Source of the DNA: Paraspadella gotoi
Taxonomy: Eukaryota > Animalia > Chaetognatha
Direction: 5' to 3'
DNA length: 64,000 bases
Assembly (NCBI GenBank): GCA_051294375.1
Contig: CM119267.1
Location: 8,594,843 to 8,658,842, forward strand
The number at the start of each line of letters is the position of its first letter. Position 1 is the stretch's first letter. This document shows, one piece after another, positions 37,561-48,004 of this stretch. Below the pieces are notes generated by a model. The model had not been told where the DNA came from. It did no database searches and was given only the letters and a program-made list of their open reading frames with translations. The position numbers and the translations under genes were made by a program.

Positions 37561-40500
37561 AATCGGGTCGCGCCAAAGCTGAGTACCTGCGTGGCAGAGA
37601 GAAAAAATGGAATGCGGGGGGTCAAAACGAAAGTTAAGAATTGCGTTGTTGGAAAGAACGACGCCTGGCGTCGTCTTTTGCCCGTCCGCCGCCGCCAAAA
37701 TTCAAAAAAAGCGCTGGCGGCGTCAAACAAACGCCGGCAGGAGCCGCCTTTAAAGAAAATGAGAATTGCGGCCGCGTTTCTCCCAAAGCGTCGTCGCCGT
37801 TGCCTATTGACTCAAATCCGTTTTTGTTTTTTAAGTCCGAGACTAAGGGATCGAAACCGATCTCCGCCAGGGGGATTTCCGATTCTTGATGAGATCTTTG
37901 TTCGAATCCGTCGCGAGCTTTGACCTCCAGCTGAGCGGCGAATTCCCTGAGTTTTATCGTCCCCGCGAGATGGCGAAAAGATCGTCTTGGCCCTCGAGAG
38001 ATATTGGCCTTTGTCGAAGCGGGGCTCATCTCCGTGAAGAAAGAAAATTTCGTGAACTGATTCAAATTATATCTGACCAATGATTCCATAGGCAAATTTA
38101 ATCAATAATGATATCAAAATATCTGAATGTAAAAAATCTAAATATTGTAGTGGTAGTATTTCATACCCCACTCACTCGTCCGAGAAATCAGCAGCACCTA
38201 TGGCGCGGAGTGTAGCACGAGCTCTCCCAACCCAAAGGACTGCTCGGGTTCGCGCCCTGCTGATTCACACAAGTATAAAGCGGGACGGGGCGTCCTAACC
38301 CACCTGTAGTGTCGACTACAGGCCCGATCGAAGTTCGGGACCTTGTGTGCGAACGGACGTAAACTGCTAGCGGATCGTCTTGACCATCAATATAAAAGAA
38401 TTTAAATTTAACCGCAAGTACATAACTAATGATTCTATAATTGGAAAAAAAAGTTGTGAACGTCAGCGAATGTGTACTTGTTGAGTATTCGTTGATCTTT
38501 GTTCCGTAATTTCGACGGTCTAAGTTATTTGTTTTAAAAAAACATGCAGCGAGTTCAATTCGGGTTTGACTTTACTTCTCATTTAATAGATTACAAACTA
38601 AAATTTTAACTTAATTTTAATTTCTTTTTTGATTTAGTGGAACCCTAGTTTATGCGGTCAAAATTGCGATGTCTTTTATATTCTCTTGCTATTTCATAAC
38701 TTTCCGAACGCAGACTGCACAGTGCGCAGCGCACAGTGACTCCTTCACCCTCTCAGTTTTCCTCACTCTTCCCCGTTTCTTCCTTTGCAATCCATCCCCG
38801 CCCGCCCGCCCGCCTCCCACCTTTTCCCCGTATTTTCCCCTTTGCCCCTTTTTCTCATTTGCCCACATTCGTCCGCCCCTAAACCACATTTCTTTCCCTT
38901 GCGCGCTCCATCTTTCGACCTGTTGGCTCTGCCCCGATCTCTCACCGTTCGGTTTTCATATTCTTTCCCGTTCTCATCTTTCAGACTTTTGTCCGCCTCG
39001 ATCCCCTTCCTTTTTTTTCCCTTTGCCCTGAGTACCTCCGCGTTTTCCGCCAACCGAACCAATCCCCCCCCCGTTCTAAACGTCGTGCCCGGATCCGTTG
39101 CCTCCTCTCGGATCCCGATTGTCAAACACCCATATTTGAAAAGCGGAATAAATGGAAAAATTTTCTTGGTGTCGGTTGGCTCGTGGCGCCCAGGGTTCCG
39201 CGGCCACGGCGCCCCGAGACACGAGTTGCCTCGCAGGCGTGGCCGTAGAGCCCGGATGTGGCTCGTGGCGCCCCGGCGCTCAGGACACGTGCCAGCGCGT
39301 CGGCTGTCTTTTAGCGCCCGGAGGTGACACGAGGCGCTTCAACGCGACAACGACCAAACAGACCGATCTGCAAGGGTCGATAATAAAAAACAAAAGCCAG
39401 AACGCCTTCGCGTCGTGACTCGAAGCCCTCTGGTGGCGAAAAGTACTTGGTGCGGTGTCAAGTCCTGAAATCCTCCAGAAGATGCGGGAGGCTCAGGCGA
39501 CTGAAGCGTTCGAGCGGTGCAGGAGCTTTGGCGGGTGAGCGTTGCGTTCGCGGTGCGCGGTGGAGATAAAAACGTGATCTTTATTTGACTGCGGTGGCCG
39601 CAACAGGTGAGCGGTGTGTTGAACAATCAATATGAGAAAATCAAATCTCGAGAAGGAGAAAAATTAGGAAATTTGAGTAAAGCGCGTTCGTCCGGGAGTG
39701 GGAGCCAAATATGGAGAAAAAAAGTCGCCGCTTGCGTTAACTAATGTATAAAGTAAGGTCTTGTTCAATAAAAACACGACATAAAAAACATTTGACGCCT
39801 TCCATCGCTTTGGCTTAACACCTTTTACTTTATTTTTAAATATAGTGTTTCGTTGATTTTGATTCGAATCACAACAACAGTTGATAATTAGATTCAAATG
39901 AACAAACAAGCGATTAGTTTTAGCTAGTACTGGTAAGTTGAGGAAAATATGTGATTAAGACTAGAATTTAAACGTCGAAACATATTCACTAGTTAAAAAT
40001 AAAAAATCGTTGCTTAAACTACTCCAAACTCTTTCTAAAGGAAAATTATTGTATTCAAAGAAATGAATAAAAGAAACAAGTTACCCCCAAATAATAAATA
40101 ACAAAGAAAAGAGCAATGGATGTTCCAAAAAAAAGACGTTGAAGGGATCCAAAAGAGCAAAAAAAGGAGCGCTCGATTCCAAAGAGAATAGCGCCCCGCA
40201 AAGAGCGCCGCCCAAAAAGAGCGCCGCCGCCGAGGAAAAACAGAAAAAAAAGGGGGGGCGAGAAATTTATTTAACACAAAACGCGGGGCGTCCTTCCCTC
40301 GTCGCCGCTGAGGGGTTATCCGCAGACGGTGTGTGCGGATCGCCCGCGGGGAAACAATCGCCCGACCCGGGAGGGGGTGGGCGGGGAAAAATGCGGCGCC
40401 GAATGAAGTGAAATCGTGAGGGGGGCTCTGAAGGGTCGCTGGAAAGGGGCGGTGTCGGAACGAGTTAAAAATGGCCTCAGGAAAGAGAGTACACGGTGAA

Positions 40501-41381
40501 CAGTGTCGAGTCAGGAAGATGCGGAGTTGGGCTCTTGATGAATGGGAATGGTTTTGGCTTTGACAACTGGTAGTGGGAAGAAAATTTTAAATGTGAAAAG
40601 ACCTTCTTGCGAGGGTGCAAAGGATGAGGAGTTCTGAGTGATTCTCCAGAAATGAGTGTGATATTTAGGGGATGAAGGACATTAACCAAGTAGCTTGAGA
40701 AAGGGTGAAAAGAGTTATGCCGAGGAAGAGTGATCTTTATTAGGCGCCAAGAAGAAAGACCATTGAGCGCAGGAATTGGTCATTAAATACGGTTCCTTCA
40801 AAGTGACCTGATTGAAGTAGTTGCTGAAAGAAGAAAATTTTCGCAAATTGAGTGAAACAATAGCGGTGCGGTCGAATCGTGAACTGGGAGTTAGCTGAGG
40901 GAGAGTAATTAGGCCTCATTTCTTTTTAAACAAAGCCTTAGGTTAGTTTTCAAGAAATCTCAATGGTACAGTTTTCATACATGTATCATGAAAATAAACC
41001 GTTGAAAGCCTTGTCAATGAAAGAGACGAACAGAAGAAATTCTTAAAAAGGCGACTTAACGCCGAGTCCCAATGGTTGTGGATTCCAGACTTCCAAAACG
41101 ACGGTTTAAAACAGTAAACAGTAACACTAACAGTGGACAATGAATAAACAGTGAAGAGAGAGAGAGAGAGAGAGAAAACTTGTTTTCCCCCTTCGGAAAA
41201 GCGAAAAAACCGTCATTAGCGCATCGCGTCCTCATAAGGCGACGCTCGTCGTCTTTGTTTTGTTGCTGGTCGTTTCTTCGGTACGTCCCTTAATCGTCGT
41301 CGTCGTAGTTTCAAACTCCGTTCCGGTCATCATCAAAATCTGCTTTCTTTATTCCGGTTCAACGTATAAGATCGAACGTAA
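37561..41381 (+). repeat. Block B copy 1 (has the 244-bp solo LTR, lacks the 3.5-kb LTR element)
   Basis: Starts aatcgggtcgcgcca as at 41407. Ends ttattccggttcaacgtata..agatcga as at about 57112-57142. Confidence 0.9.
38146..38389 (+). mobile_element. 244-bp solo LTR with internal tRNA-like A/B boxes and 4-bp TSD ATAT (Helenus-type TRIM-like)
   Basis: Filled site cta-a-ATAT|TG...CA|ATAT-aaaagaa versus empty site cta-ATAT-aaaagaa at 41958-41971. Termini TGTAGTGGT..ACCATCA. A-box-like TGGCGCGGAGTGT at 38201 and B-box-like GGTTCGCGCCC at 38247. Confidence 0.7.
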
Positions 41382-43939
41382 NNNNNNNNNNNNNNNNNNN
41401 NNNNNNAATCGGGTCGCGCCACTGTCAAGTAGCTGCGCAGAGAGAAAATGGAATCGCGGGTCAACGAGCGATAGAAATTGCGTTGTTGGAAAGACGACGC
41501 CGGCGTCGTCTTTTGCCCGTCGCGCGCCAAAATTCAAAAGCGTCTGGCGGCGTCAAAAACGCGGCAGGACGCCGCCTTTAAAGAAAAAGGAGAATTGCGG
41601 CCGCGTCTCGCCCAAACGTCGTCGCCGTTCCTATTGATCTCAAATTCGTTTTTGAGTCGAGACTTAAAGGATCGAAACCGATCTCCGCCAGGGGGATTTC
41701 GATTCTTGATGAGATCTTTTGTTTCGATCCGTCGCGGCTTTGACTCCCAGCTGACGGCGAATTCCCGAGTTTTTACTCCGTCCCCGCGAGATGGCGAAAA
41801 GATCGTTTGGCCCTCGAGAGATATTGGCCTTTGTCGAAGCGGGACTCAGCTCCGTGAAGAAAGAAAATTTCGTGAACTGATTCAAATTATATCCTGAACA
41901 ATGAATTCCATAGGCAAATTAATCAATAATGACTATCAAATATCTGATTCTAAAAATCTAATATAAAAGAATTTAAATTTAACGCAGTACAAACTAATGA
42001 TTCTATAATTGGAAAAAAAAGTTGTGACGTCAGCGAATGTGTACTTTGTTGATGTTGTTGTTGATCTTTGTCCCGTATCGACGGTCTAGTTATTTGTTTT
42101 AAAAAAATGCACGAGTCAATTCGGGTTTGACTTTACTTTCTCATTTAATAGATTAAACTAAAATTTACTTAATTTTTAATTTCCTTTTTTTTTTTTTGGC
42201 CCGTAGTAAGCGTATTTTTTTTAATATTCCCTTCTTGCTATTTCCCATTCAATTTTTTCCGATACAGACTGCACAGTGCGCAGCGCACAGTGACCCTTCA
42301 CCCTCTCAGTTTTTCCTCACTCTTCCCCGTTTTCTTCCTTTGCAATCCCATCCCCCGCCCGCCCGCCCGCCTCGCCCCCTTTTCCCCGTATTCCCCTTTG
42401 CCCCTTTTCTCATTCCACATTCGTCCGCCCTAACAACATTTCTTTCCCTTTGCGCGCTCCATCTTTCGACCTGTGCTCTGCCCCGATCTCTCCCGTTCGT
42501 TTTCATTTCTTTCCCGTTCTCTCTTTCAACTTTTGTCCGCTCGATCTCCTTTCCCTTTTTTTCCCTTTGCCCGATACCTCCGCGTTTTCCGCCCACCGAC
42601 CAACTCCCCCCCCCCGTCTAAACCGGTCGTGCCCGGTCGTTGCCTCCTCTCGGCTCCCGATTGTCAACACCCATATTTGAAAAGCGGAATAATGGAAAAA
42701 TTTCTCTCTGGTGTCGGTGGCTCGTGGCGCCCGGGGCCGCGGCGCCCCCGAGCACGGAGTTGCTCGAGCGTGGCACGTAGAGCCTGGATGTGGTTCGTGG
42801 CGCCCCCGGCGCTCAGACACGTGGCGCGGCGTCGGCTGCCTTTTAGCGCCCGGAGGTGACACGAGGCTCTTCAAGCGACACGACCAAACGACGCGATCTG
42901 CCAAGGTCGATAATAAAAAAAAAAAAAGGCAAGAACGCCTCGGTCGTGACTCGAAAGCCTCTCGGTGGCGAAAAGAACTTGGGCGTGTGTCAAGTCCTGA
43001 ATCCTCAGTAGATGCGGAGCCTTCAGGCGCTGAAGCGTTCGAGACGGTGAGGAGCTTTGGCGGTGAGCGTTCCGTTCGCGGTGGCGCGGTGGAGATAAAA
43101 CGTTTTTCTGAATACCTTTCTTGATTTTGACTTGCGGTGGCCCACAGGTGAGCAGGTGTTTGGAAGAATCAAATTGAGAAAATCAAATCTCGAGAAGAAA
43201 AAATTAGGAAATTAGTAAAGGCGTATCGAGGAGTGAGGAGCCAAATATGGAGAAAAAAAAAGTCGCCGCTTGGTTAACTAATGATAAATAAAGTCTTTGT
43301 TCAAATAAAAACGACATAAAAACATTTGACGCCTTCATCGCATGGCTTAACCTTTACTTATTTTTAAAATATAGTTTTTGTGATTTTCATCGAATACACA
43401 ATGGTTAGGAGAGGTCGTGCGCGCCGTGAAATCTGGCGTCGTAACGTAAACAATGATCTTGCTAGCGTTCTTCAAGGATTAGAAAAAGGTTGATACTGAA
43501 GTTGAACGCGCCAGGATCAAACGCTGCGGCAGAAGATTAATAATTTTTTCACACTCCCCGGAGAATGCCCACTAGTATGTTATTGACATGACTATGAGAA
43601 ATATGTTTGTTTTGTTTATTATTGTTACTGAAGGTTCTTAACGCTGCGCTACACTACATCACTGTTATCAACATGGGCGTTCTGGAGTCAGGGAATTTCT
43701 ATTGCTGAGGCATGAACAATACTAAATATTAAGAATTATAGTCATAATCGGGGATTAAATTAAACTAAACTATAATTTAAATTCAACAATTAAATCTAAA
43801 CTAAAACCTAAATCAGCCGAAGCCAGCCAGCAGCAGAGCAGCAGATCATAACCTTGATCGGTGAGGAGTAAAAGAGGGACTACCGATAAAAGGGACGGGT
43901 CTCGAGGCCGCCTCGCCGAAACACTCGATTAGAGCATCG

Positions 43940-45040
43940 AGCATTGGATGGCGACGTCGCGATGTCTGCTTGTCGCCCAAAGTCGCGACAAGAGTCTTCA
44001 CCTACTTGGGCCGACAAGATCAGCGTCAAAACTGTCTCAAAAGCTAGAACTATGGTAAGCGTCGTCTCAATCGTCTTGCAAAAGCATGATTTGCCAAAGG
44101 TTGGTCAAGGACCTAAGAAATGGCAGAGAAAGAGTGTAATAGCCATAGAGAGAGAGAAAGAACGAACGAATGTACAATACGAAAAGGAGAGAGCAAGACG
44201 AGGGTGGATGAAAGAGGATGAGCTTGAAGAAAAATTGAAAGAAATTCGAAAGAGAACCGAAGAAAGAATAATGAAGGTGGAGGAAAGCATAGAGAATGGG
44301 AGATAGAATTCAGACGTAAACGAAGCGAGAAATGGAGAGGGCGAGATTGAAAGGCTGGCGAGTCTAAGTGGAGGCAAGGGAAGAGTGGACGAACAAAGGA
44401 GTATCAACGAAGGAGTCATTGGAGTGGACGACGCAATGAGGATCGCCCGACCGCCAATGGATTCCAACAAGGAACACCTCTGCCGAAAACGAATGGTGCG
44501 CACAATCCCAATTACACGCCGCTGCATGAAGAACCGAGAAAAAGCTGAGGCTGTTGCGTGAGAAGCCTGTCACGATGAACTGTCTGCAAAGAAGTTGCTG
44601 CTAAAGAAGATGCTGCTGAAAGACGCTGCGCTAAAGAATCTGCGTTTGAAAAGGCGCTGTAGAAGACGTTACTGCTAAAGAAGCCTGCGAAAGAAGCGCG
44701 CTGAAGAATTTGAATAAAAAGATGCTGCTGATGAAAGAGTGCTGCCCAAAAGTTTCAAATGGTGGAAAAAGATGAGGAAAAAGTTGGGAAGAGGTTGCGG
44801 AAAGAGTCGCGAAAGAAGTTGCGGAAAGGATGCGGAAAAGTTGTGGAAAGGTTGCGGAAGAAACTGTCAAAGGAGAAACTGAGGGAGATCAATCGCCACA
44901 ACCACCGCCTGTAATCGGGAAGACGTTTCGGGAGAATGCATTGAAATGCCATTGTTGAACACTGATTGCTGGCCATTGCGGGCGCTGCTATCATTCGTGT
45001 GAAAGAAATTTTTGCCAATTCATCCCTTTGAGCTTAACTT
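43940..45040 (+). pseudogene. Frameshifted low-complexity ORF inside the LTR element (coiled coil plus Ala/Glu/Lys repeats)
   Basis: EKERARRGWMKEDELEEKLKEIRKRTEERIMKVEE, then repeated gctgctaaagaa (AAKE) and gttgcggaaa (VAE) codon units at 44590-44865. The frameshifts may be read errors. Confidence 0.45.
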
Positions 45041-45679
45041 AATACTGTTGAGTGTTGAGTGCTTTGCTGTCACTCAATCTCATGGGACAGTTTCTGTTGT
45101 GTCAGATTACAAGGTCCATTCACATGAAGAGCGTTGGGACCTCCACCCGCTGCTTTTCATTGTATAATTTCTATAAATCCTCGTATGACAATAAGGAGAT
45201 CAATAAGATGAAATGTATAAGATTACGTTTATGACACTACGGTTTCGATCCAACTTAGTATCACGAGTCTCCACTACAGTTTAATCAACTCTATTTGTAG
45301 ATAAAAGAGAAAGAATGACGAGTTTAATGATGAACAAATGATCAATGAACATTGCTGGGCTACAAAAATCAGTCTCATGAAAATAAATGAAAAAAATGAA
45401 AAAAAAAAAAAAAAAAAAAAAATTTACAATCTTCTAGCTTGCTCACATTCAAAACTTGCTAAATTGATAAAATATTTGCCATATCGATTATGATGCTCGT
45501 CTAAATAGAAGAAGAAAGACGAGGAAGGAGGAGAGGAGAACCTTAACTTATGCTTGGAGCAGCTGAAAAAGTTGGAGGTGGAAATAAAAATTTTGTTGAC
45601 GACTCACATTCAAGAGGATAAGGGTGTGAGGAGAATATTCTGGAGTGAAAGGAAAACCTCTGGAATTGTTTAAATATTA

Positions 45680-45845
45680 AGAAACACATTCAAGAGGCTT
45701 GGATGTGTATGCATGGACATTAAGAGAGGACCTATGAGAGGAAAGTAAAGGTCTTCTTTGTCAGAGAGACGACAACAGTGGAGTTGTGTCAAACAAATAA
45801 ACATTTTTATTAAAGTTTGTGGACCTTGCAACATACAAAAGAGTA
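45680..45845 (+). pseudogene. Degenerate integrase zinc-binding (H2C2)-like segment
   Basis: Pieces across frames read HGH*ERTYERKVKVFF and KQINIFIKVCGPCNIQKSK. The inverted copy (50380-50540) gives EAHKAL and about EHF-IKSCDL. This resembles H-x-GH-x-TY-x-F-x-FIKxCxxC. Confidence 0.45.
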
Positions 45846-48004
45846 AAATGGAGAGCAATGAGATGGGCTGTTTTAGATCGTTTATTTGTTGGTGCCCAGC
45901 AATGAACCACTGAAAGTAACCAAATTTAAAAGACCTGAAGTTATAGAAATTTGAATGAGGCTGAACTAGCTTGAAACAAGTTTGAAAAAGACGTGAAACC
46001 TGGAGTGAGCAAGTTTGAGACAAATTTACTAAAATTTGATCTCTCTGAAACAGTGATATTAACTAGACAAATTATAATCTGTGAAACAAGAGGGGAGGAA
46101 TCCAAGAAAGAAACTTTCAATGGTGATCGGTTCTGCACCCAAACACCACCCTCAACCTTCGTGAACCTCGCATGCACGAAGTACACCCCAGACAAGATGC
46201 GACGCAAGAAGAAAGACATCGAAAATCCGGGGGGAGCGCCATAAGCAGCGCCTCATCAAGGAGACGACGCCGGTGCAGCCAAAAATCGCGAGACAGGGGT
46301 CAAGGAGACGACGCTGGGCGCCATACAATGCAGATCGACGCCACGTGAGTCGGTGGCGCTTCGGATGCCGACGGGGGGAGTTTGGCGCCTCCATCAAATT
46401 TTGGAGCCAACTGAGTGCTGGGTTCAAAGGAATGCCAAGAGCCCGTCATGTACTTCAATGGGGTCGTCAAGCGGAGCCGAAACTCATGGGGATAAAAACT
46501 CGGGTTGCATGCTGAGGGACAATTGCAGACGGCTCTACTGCCGACAGGCGCGAAGAGCAGCGGTGCGGAACGACCCTCCTTATTTATTAGTGCCGTGTAC
46601 GTACAGGGGGAGTTTAGAGAGGTCGTGCGCGCAGTGGAAATCTGGCGTCGTAACGTAAACAATGATCTTTGCTTAGCGTTCTTAAGGATTTAGAAAAGGT
46701 TGATACTGAGTTTTGAACGCGCCGGATTCAAACCTGCGGCAGAAGATTAATAATTTTTCACACTCCCCGGAATCCTACAGTATTTTATTGACAATGAACT
46801 ATGAAAATTATGTTTGTTTTGTTATTATTGGTTACTGAAGGTTCTTAACGCTGCGCTAACACATCACTGTTTATAACATGGGCGTTCGGATCAGGGAATT
46901 TCTAGTGCTGAGGCCATGAACAATACTAAATACACAACAAGGTGATTAATAATTCATAATGAACAAACAAGCATTAGTTTAGCTAGTACTGTTAAAGTTT
47001 GAGGAAAAAGTTGTGATTAAGAATAGAATTAAAGCGAAAAATATTCAGATAAAAGCGTTGCTAAAACTACCCATAACTCTTCTAAAGAAAATATGTATAC
47101 AAAGAAATGAATAAAAGAACAATTACCCCAAATAATAGAAAACAAAGGAAAAGGCAAAATGGAATGTTCCCAAAAAAAAGACGAAGAAGCCAAAAAAAAA
47201 AGGAAGCGCTCGATTCCCAAAGAGAATAGCGCCCCGCAAAAAGAGCCGCCGCCAAAAGAGCGCCGCCGCCGAGGAAAAGAAGAAAAAAAAGGGGCGAAGA
47301 AATTTATTTAACAAAAAACGCGGAGCGTCGTTCCCTCGGTCGCCGCTAGGGGGGAATTATCCCGCGGACGTTGTGCGGACGCCCCACGGGGAAACAAATG
47401 CGCCCGACCCGGGGAGGGGTGGGGAAAGGGCGCGAGGAAAATGTTGGAGCTAAGTGAAAAAGGGTCGAACGGAAAAAATGGCCCAAAGGAAGACACCGGT
47501 GAACATCGATCCAAAAGTCCCTGATGAAAATGCAAACTTAAAATAATGTGAAGCCTGCGCAGGCAAAATGAGATTCCTGAGATTCCAATAATAAAGACAG
47601 GAGTAACAAGGGCAAAAATAACAGACCGCAAATGCCTCGGCTCTATACATAACACCCTTCCCCCAAATGACCTATAAATGAAAACAATAAAACGAAAAGA
47701 ACCCGCGACCCACCTCTCTCTCCCTGCCTCTCCTTTTTCACGTGCCTCTTTCTGCTTTCTCCCCTCTCTCCCCGTCTCCCCCTCTCTCCTCCTCTCCCTC
47801 TCTCCTTCCGCCCCCTCTTCTCTTTCTCCCCTCTGTCCCTTCCCCTCCTTTCCTCCTCTCTTCCCCTCTCCTTTTTCCCCTCTTTTCTCTTTCTTCTACC
47901 TCACTCCGCCCCCCTGCTCCTTCCCCTCTATTTTCCTGATCGCGGACGACAAACAAAACTGAAAAAAAAATCCGCTGAAAAGTTTCGGACAGAATTCATT
48001 TATT

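Larger units (their letters stand above)
43402..46932 (+). mobile_element. 3.5-kb LTR retroelement, probably non-autonomous Ty3/Gypsy-like; LTRs 43402-43728 and 46613-46932, PPT 46605-46612, candidate TSD CACAA
   Basis: Direct terminal repeats of about 320 bp starting TGTTAGGAGAGGTCGTGCGCG (consensus of copies). AGGGGGAG lies directly before the 3' repeat. Flanks are cgaata-CACAA| and |CACAA-caagg, and the empty site cgaat-CACAA-caacag is at 39865-39880. An H2C2-like remnant lies inside and no RT motif was recognised. Confidence 0.8.
41407..47500 (+). repeat. Block B copy 2 (lacks the solo LTR, has the 3.5-kb LTR element)
   Basis: Collinear with 37561-40500 apart from the two insertions. Quality decays after about 47430. 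Confidence 0.9.

Noticed and set aside
38186-38265. Genuine tRNA gene
   Set aside because: There is no proper anticodon arm or canonical T-loop (TTCGCGC), and it lies within a TSD-bounded insert.
40140-40260. Lys/Ala-rich histone H1-like peptide (KENSAPQKSAAK)
   Set aside because: It is low complexity, frames differ between copies, and no globular domain or splice structure was found.
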